Source of the DNA: Scyliorhinus canicula
Lineage: Eukaryota
Assembly (NCBI RefSeq): GCF_902713615.1
Contig: NC_052150.1
Span: 156,603,155 to 156,667,154, forward strand
Direction of reading: 5' to 3'
Length of the DNA stretch: 64,000 bases
Of this stretch, positions 61,660-64,000 are shown in pieces. The first letter of the stretch is position 1; every line of letters starts with the position of its first letter. Made by a program: the position numbers and the translations under genes. The notes below the pieces were generated by a model, which was not told the DNA's origin, made no database searches, and saw only the letters and a list, made by a program, of their open reading frames with translations.

Positions 61660-61915
61660 ATCAAAAGAAAGAAACTGATTGTGTTTATATCAAAACTTCC
61701 ATGACAGCTGGAAATCCTAAAGAGCTTTACATCCAATGAAGCACTTTTGGAGTGCAGTTATTGTGGTAATGTAGGAAATGTGGCATCCAATTTACACACA
61801 GCAAGCTCCCACTAATAGGAATGTGATAATGACCAGATATTATGATTTTGTGACATGGGCTAAGATTAAATATTGGCCAAGCCTTTGGGACTAAGTACCC
61901 TGCTCTTCTTCAAAA
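61660..61915 (-). mobile_element. Deu-domain SINE (SacSINE1/AmnSINE1-like)
   Basis: Reverse complement contains GGGAGCTTGCTGTGTGTAAATTGGATGCCACATTTCCTACATTAC...AAAAGTGCTTCATTGG. Confidence 0.7.
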
Positions 61916-61984
61916 CAGTGTCTACATGTTGCCGAGAGGGCAGGCAAATCTTTGGTTCACCATTTCTTTCCAAAGACAACAGTC

Positions 61985-64000
61985 AGGATTCTCTGTCCAG
62001 CGACGCCAGAATCTCAAAAGGCGATTGGGTGGGGAGTCGCACGTCAGCTGAATATCGAGGCTGGAATGCTATACTGCGGTGCCTCGACAGCGGCGTGAAT
62101 GCGTTCCATGCTGCAAGCCGGAGTGGGCATGAAAACTGTACAGTGACGACGGTTAGCATATCATTAACGGGTCCAATCCGGTCTTCTCCGGTCTCCCAGA
62201 ATGCTCCACCTCCACCAGGCGGGAGCTGCGCCGCCATGATTCATTTTTGGTATTTAAAACTGGGAACCTGGCGCCTTGGCTGGTGAGTGTCTGAGAAGAG
62301 GTAAGCTGAGTACACAAAGGCGCAACCATGGGCTACCAGCCATGCTGCTGGCTCAAAAGGGCATTGCCAGGGTCATGGGTGTTGTGGTGGTTGGTGGGGG
62401 GGGGGGGGGGGAATAGATAACAGGCCATGGGTTTTGGGTGTCCCCACAAGGACCTGGGAGACCAGGCACAGGCCACCATGGTTGCGGCCTGCAAGCCAGC
62501 CATCTAGCTGCGCACACCTCTGACAGCCCACTGCATCCACAAATGTGTAGAGCACCACCAACCGCACAGGGTGTACTCACCATGCCAACACGTCTGCCCT
62601 CTACCCCTGACAGGAAATGGATTTTGGATGAGAGGTAGGTGCACTCACTTCAGTCCTGGCGGATGCCCTGAGACTGGACGAGCAGGAGATGCTCGGGAAG
62701 CACCCTCCAGAACAGAGGCCTGCCCTAGAGGCGCAGGGATGAGTCAGTGATGACGGAGAACCCTGTATCTAGCAGGCCGAGGAGGAGGTGGAATGAAGGT
62801 GACACATCAGGCCTCGTGTATACCGGCAATATTTGCCATTCGAGGCCCTGCCGGACCAGGCGTGCCGCCAAACACCCCCGGCTGAGCTGGGACATTGTGC
62901 ATCACCTGCGCTGGGTGATGATGCATCATGGGGAGGACACACGCACCTGGTGGCTGTTAAGGTAACGGTTGCCCTGAACCTCTTCGCAGAGGGGTCCTTC
63001 CAGGCGCTGAGCAGGGACCAGTCAGGGATCTCCCAGTCCTCCGCGCCTTGGCCTGTAGCCCGGGGGATGCATTATATCATCTTCGGTGTGGACCGGGCCT
63101 ACCAGGTTGTCCAGGCAGGGGATTTGACACCATCGTCGGCATGCCCAGGTCCAGTGGGTGACTGATGGGACGCATGTCCCCCTGTGCATGAGGGGGTGCC
63201 CTTCATCATTAGGAAGGGATTCCACTCCCTCAACGTGCAGCTGGTGTGAGATGACTGCATGCACACTGTGCAAGCCTGCTCCCGATATCCTGGCAGCGTG
63301 CACGGCGTCTTCATCCTGGTGCGCTTGTTGGATTCGAGGCAGTCCCCCAGGTGAGAGCCTGGCTGCTTGGTGACAGGGATCATTGCTATGGCCATGGCTG
63401 ACGATGCCTAACCGGAGGCCACAGACCGACAGGGAGACCGCTGCAACCGTGCCCATGCAGCGACTAGGGGCATGATCGAGCGGTGCATCGACTTCCTGAA
63501 GGCACGGTTCAGATGCCTGGATTATTCTGGAGGAGCCCCCAGTGCACTCCTGGGAGGGTCTCCCACATTGTGGTGGCCTGTTGTGTTCTGTACAACATTG
63601 CACATGCTGGAGATGGAGATGGAGATGGAGGAATTCCAGGCCTTGCCTGATGAGGAGGACACAGTCGAGGGCCAGGACTTGTGACCCTGGGAAGCTCGGG
63701 GGTCACTTGGCGTGTGCATCAGGACCACCGAGCAAGGGACAACCTTGTCCCCAGGGTCACCAATGGGTGACCTCCCCCCCCCGATCGAAGTAAAGCTCCA
63801 CTGTCCCATTCCACTCCCACAACACACACTCTCCCAACGGACACTCCCTCTACCCCAGCACTCCAATCCCTCTCTGATCCCCCCACCAGCTGCTCCACAG
63901 GGTATGGGCCCTGGGTCGGCATTACCAGCGGACCTGGTCCATGCAGCAGAGGATGATGACCCGCTCCGTGACGAGCTCTGGTGCTCCGTAATGTCTGCCA
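61985..64000 (+). mobile_element. Harbinger element with a HARBI1-like transposase pseudogene (~62810-63684), running off the window
   Basis: RPRVYRQ..FEAL, VAVKVTVALNLFAEGSFQ...GISQSS, DGTHV, RKGFHSLNVQLV, RYPGSVH, WLLGD, IERCI..LKARFRCLD, with frameshifts. Confidence 0.85.

Noticed and set aside
62810-63684. Host HARBI1 gene
   Set aside because: It has multiple frameshifts and stops, and several paralogous relics occur in the same window.

Overview
Vertebrate (non-prokaryotic) genomic DNA, most likely an elasmobranch such as a catshark. This is inferred from abundant HE1-type tRNA-derived SINEs that share their 3' tail with CR1/HER1 LINEs, plus Deu-domain SINE relics. The window is intronic or intergenic and dominated by transposable elements; I cannot identify any host protein-coding gene with confidence, and most ORFs in the track are TE fragments or noise. 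Best-supported structures: (1) a young hAT DNA transposon (783-4304, perfect 16-bp TIRs, 8-bp TSD) nested in a solo LTR, itself nested in an L1/Tx1 LINE, with a 28-bp NRF1-like tandem array and a Kozak-ATG/splice-donor first exon at its 5' end; (2) a Penelope-like retroelement (31014-33853) arranged as a ~1.1-kb inverted repeat with a 13-bp TSD and a minimal type I hammerhead ribozyme motif near each outer end; (3) an old, decayed Gypsy element with both LTRs (12809-18034) and a Gmr1-like Gypsy relic (~37500-40275); (4) several decayed PIF/Harbinger elements (HARBI1-like nuclease plus Myb/SANT ORF) and many GC-rich Harbinger MITEs; (5) solo LTRs, Rex1/Babar, CR1 and L2 fragments, and about 20 SINEs. 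Repeat-poor AT-rich islands hold a few weak exon and conserved-non-coding candidates. I found nothing demonstrably new. The best leads are the ribozyme-capped Penelope palindrome and the spliced hAT promoter module. All family calls come from motif recognition, not database searches, and coordinates without TSD support are approximate.
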